Assembly: GCF_000143415.4 (NCBI RefSeq)
Contig: NW_003314322.1
Span: 1,066,067 to 1,130,066 of the forward strand
Direction of reading: 5' to 3'
Length of the DNA: 64,000 bases
DNA from: Selaginella moellendorffii
Lineage: Eukaryota > Plantae > Lycopodiophyta
Shown here: positions 60,945 to 64,000 of the stretch, in pieces
How positions within the stretch are numbered: the first letter of the stretch is position 1
How the letters are laid out: every line of letters starts with the position of its first letter
Notes under the pieces: generated by a model
What the model was told of the DNA's origin: nothing
The model's database searches: none
Seen by the model: only the letters and a program-made list of their open reading frames with translations
Program-made: the position numbers and the translations under genes

Positions 60945-61640
60945 TTACACGGATAGCCTCTCGAGCATGCCCAGAAGAAGAGCCCATTGAGAGCCCTGAG
61001 CGCCGCCACCAAAAAAGAAGTAATCCAGGTGGCCGCGGTTTAGATTGTTTGGGATCCACCCAGAACTCCCGGAAGAACTCGTTGCGTGGGAGATCACCGC
61101 CACCAAGAAGCTGCTCAAGTAGTTCCCCAGCGCCAGCGCGCTCGCCAAGCTCCTCATCGCGTCGGGTGCTTGATCGTAGAAGAACTCGAGCTGCCCAAGG
61201 GACGTGAAAATTTCCGAGGCACCGACGAGGAAGTACTGCGGTATCTGCCAGAGAATGCTCATCGGGACCGGATCCGTGACGTTGTCCAGGAGATCAAACT
61301 CGGCCGCGAGCTGGAGCCTCTTCACTTCCACCGCCGCCGCTACCAGCATCGACGCCGTGGCAAGAACGAGGCCGATTCGCATCCTCTGGATCTGGGTGAA
61401 TCCCTGCGGGTGGCCAGTGAACTTTCGGACCAGCGGCACCAGGAACCAGTCGTAGAATGGCACGCAGACGATGATGGTGAGCGTGTCGAAGATGGTGAGC
61501 GACGCTGCCGGGATGTTAAACTTTGGACCCAGCTTGGGATCCATTCTCTGGCCCTGCTCCACGAAGGTGGAGATCTGCGAGTAGATTGGTAGAATCCGGA
61601 CAAAGATCTTTACTTCCTCAACCTGAGTGACTGTGAAGAC
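60945..61640 (-). pseudogene. C-terminal fragment of an NPF/PTR (NPF8-like) transporter
   Basis: VTQVEEVK, FVEQG, IPAASL, WQIPQYFLVG, GQLEFFYDQAPDAMRSL, WIPNNLNRGHLDYFF. In-frame deletions, a frameshift, and no N-terminal half. Confidence 0.8.
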
Positions 61641-62445
61641 GAGGAGGTAACTCCTTTTCTCTTTTCTATAGACTAGCTCTTATCTCTTTCTTCCAGGTCA
61701 AGAAAGACGCGGGCGGTGTCACGGAGCTGTTCTCATGGGTGCAGATATTGTTTGGAAAACCGCGAGGTAATAGTTTTCCAAGCTCGCTCTCATACATCGT
61801 CAGGTACCAGCTGCGGCCGAATACGAAAATAATCCTTTTTTCTCTTCGAGTCGGAACTGTAAAACGTGGTTCTTGTTGCTGCTGGTAAATCTACTCATGA
61901 CTAAAACTTGGATCTCTAAGTTATAATCGATCCAAATCACCGCAGGTCTGATGGATGGAGGCTTGGACATGGAAGTTCTGGAGAGAAGCGTATAGTCGCT
62001 GTAAATGGTACCGCCATTGACACCAAGGTGAGTGCGTCTTTGCGATGAATAGAGGCGCTTTCGACGCGAATGTACACCAAGGTACCTATGGTCTAGGTGA
62101 TTTTTGTACACTCTCGTCGGCACTTGCGATTTCTACTTGTTTCTTGAGGCTGGAGGCCGTCTAATCTGGCGCAGTGCGTGAGATTCAAAAGGTTCGAAGT
62201 GCTTTCTCTGGAACTGTTACTGGAAGCTAACAACTCTTCATTGACAGAGCAACGAGCAAGGCTTACATGGATAGAGCAAACGTTGCTGCATTGATTTGAC
62301 GACTTGTTTCCCTTAGCTCTATATAATTCTTCTATCGATTCTTTGCATTACATGCCACCAAGCACCAACTACAAATGCTCAAGCCCAATCGATCCAGGGC
62401 CGTTCGTCAACCTCCGGCAAGGCGTGTTTTTTCTAGGGTTCAGCA

Positions 62446-63821
62446 ATGAAGCATAAGATCTTACCGCTGCTCAAGGCGGTGAGGCAGGATGCGCTGCGCT
62501 CTGGGGATGCTAAACTTGCGAGGTGGTGCAAAGATTTGGCCCGTGAGGCGGTCGCCGAAGGTAGAGAGCATAGGTGTCTCAGGGAGTTTTACGGGTCTGG
62601 GAGTTTCACTCTCACCGATATCGGTGTCGTGGGTCGTGCCGTGCTCATCCTCTACGTGGGGAATCTCTTCTCCAGCACACTCGAGAAGCAGCGCTGCATC
62701 TTCAGCTCGCTGGGCAGTGTCAAGGAGGTGGACTTGGACCTCCTGGTCGCGGCCGCGTCCAGGCTCCGCAAGCTGGACTGCTCTCCAGCTTACGAGGAGG
62801 CGATCTGGGGAGTCTTGAAGCGAGTGTGCTCCACGGACTATTTCCTGAAAGAGGTAATGCTTTCCTAGTTTATAGCACATATACTCTTCGCTAAAGGTAA
62901 GGTCTCTTTTAGGATCTGGCGACTGCCAGCCGAGTTTTCGGCAAGGTCATGGCGGCAGGAGGCGATTGTCACTCGCAGCAGTTGATGAACGCCATTCTTC
63001 AAGCCTACCGTGAAGTGGAATACGTCCACTATGACTCCAGGAGTTGTAACCGACTGGACTTTGACCCAGCCAAGCCCATCGATGAGGTCGTGGCACTCGT
63101 TGTGGCACCATTGGAGCCGGGGGAGCTGCTCAGGGGAATCAACGATTCTCCAGTTCTGGAGCAGCTGACGACGAGGAGGCCAGATCAGCAGTCGCTGATA
63201 CCTCATACCGAAGCCGTGATGGTTTGCATTGAGCACGCAGTGATGTGGCTCTGCAAATCCAAGCTTCGGGTTTTCTACCCGCTTGCTATGACTTGTAAGT
63301 TTTTCCAAGTCTGTAAGCTTTCTAGGTCCGTGCTTTAATGGTTTTTATGCTTACCTTGTAGACCAAGATATAGCAAAACTTTCCATCGAGGACGAGAGGT
63401 TGTTCCAAAGGTTTTGGTACGTCGCTATTGAAATGTACCTCATAACTAATGTGCCAATCAAACAGGAACGTTCGTATCCCATCACCTCTGGAACGAGGGC
63501 TCCGGGTTATAGCCATAGATGATAGGTTGCCTATTATTTCTTTTTTCGTGTGTAATATTTACGCTTTTTCACTGCAGTGATGCACTCATGGACGGGGATC
63601 TGCACTATGTCCATGCTGAAGATTACAAGAGCATCACCCCGGTCCTCCTCGAGGATATGTCCATCAAAGAACTTGAGGTTCTCAAGAAACTCGCGTTTCA
63701 TTATCGGGCCACTACTGCAAACTTGGAGTACGAAAGAAGTGTTGCTTGTGGCATAGCGGCAGATTTCTTCATGGAATACGGGAGATCGGAGCCACCTCAG
63801 TATCGCTATCTTTTAACCTGA
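62446..63821 (+). CDS. Hypothetical lineage-specific protein, ~5 exons
   Basis: ORFs 62446.., 62913.. and later exons can be joined by GT-AG introns. No motif recognised. Confidence 0.5.
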
Positions 63822-64000
63822 ATGTTTTCGTATTTTAACTTTTTCGGTAAGCCCTTTTTTTGGAACAACGAGAAATAAAATTGAAACTAAGCAGAAATTA
63901 CAGAAACTCATAACTCAAAACTCTTGGTTAGACATGGCTCACATTTAGTTTGTTTTATCGGTTGATCTGCCCGTGCGGGTGCATTAGACTCGTGGAAACC

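Noticed and set aside
1-64000. tRNA, rRNA or snRNA genes
   Set aside because: None recognised by eye. The only tRNA-related sequence is the retrotransposon PBS. An Rfam/tRNAscan run would be needed to exclude them.

Overview
Gene-dense, intron-rich land-plant nuclear DNA. Very short (~50-70 nt) introns, tiny intergenic spacers and the gene content point to a compact lycophyte genome such as Selaginella (inference). About 25 apparently intact genes can be reconstructed across introns: HdeD/DUF308-like membrane protein, ACR12, SR splicing factor, Orai-like channel, two cyclin A, four nsLTPs, ABCB27/ALS1, FdC2, nitrate reductase, IPMI small subunit, RH13, SWEET, RPS4, LRX, RabA4, CRM-domain splicing factor, RPS7, root-cap protein, ankyrin protein and two unknowns. 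The window also holds a decayed LINE RT, a full-length dead Ty3/Gypsy element (174-bp LTRs, 4-bp TSD), a 3x713-bp tandem repeat, a local tandem duplication and several pseudogene fragments. Most striking: (1) an Orai/CRAC-channel homolog whose TM1 aligns without gaps to human Orai1 and naturally carries residues equivalent to R91W, G98S and V102T; (2) a fossil -1 frameshift cassette (slippery site plus pseudoknot) in the Gypsy element; (3) a conserved E2F/CHR-like module upstream of both cyclin A genes in a duplicated cyclin-LTP unit; (4) micro-inversions inside pseudogenes; (5) divergent genes with start codons only 44 bp apart. All exon structures were inferred by eye and no database searches were run.
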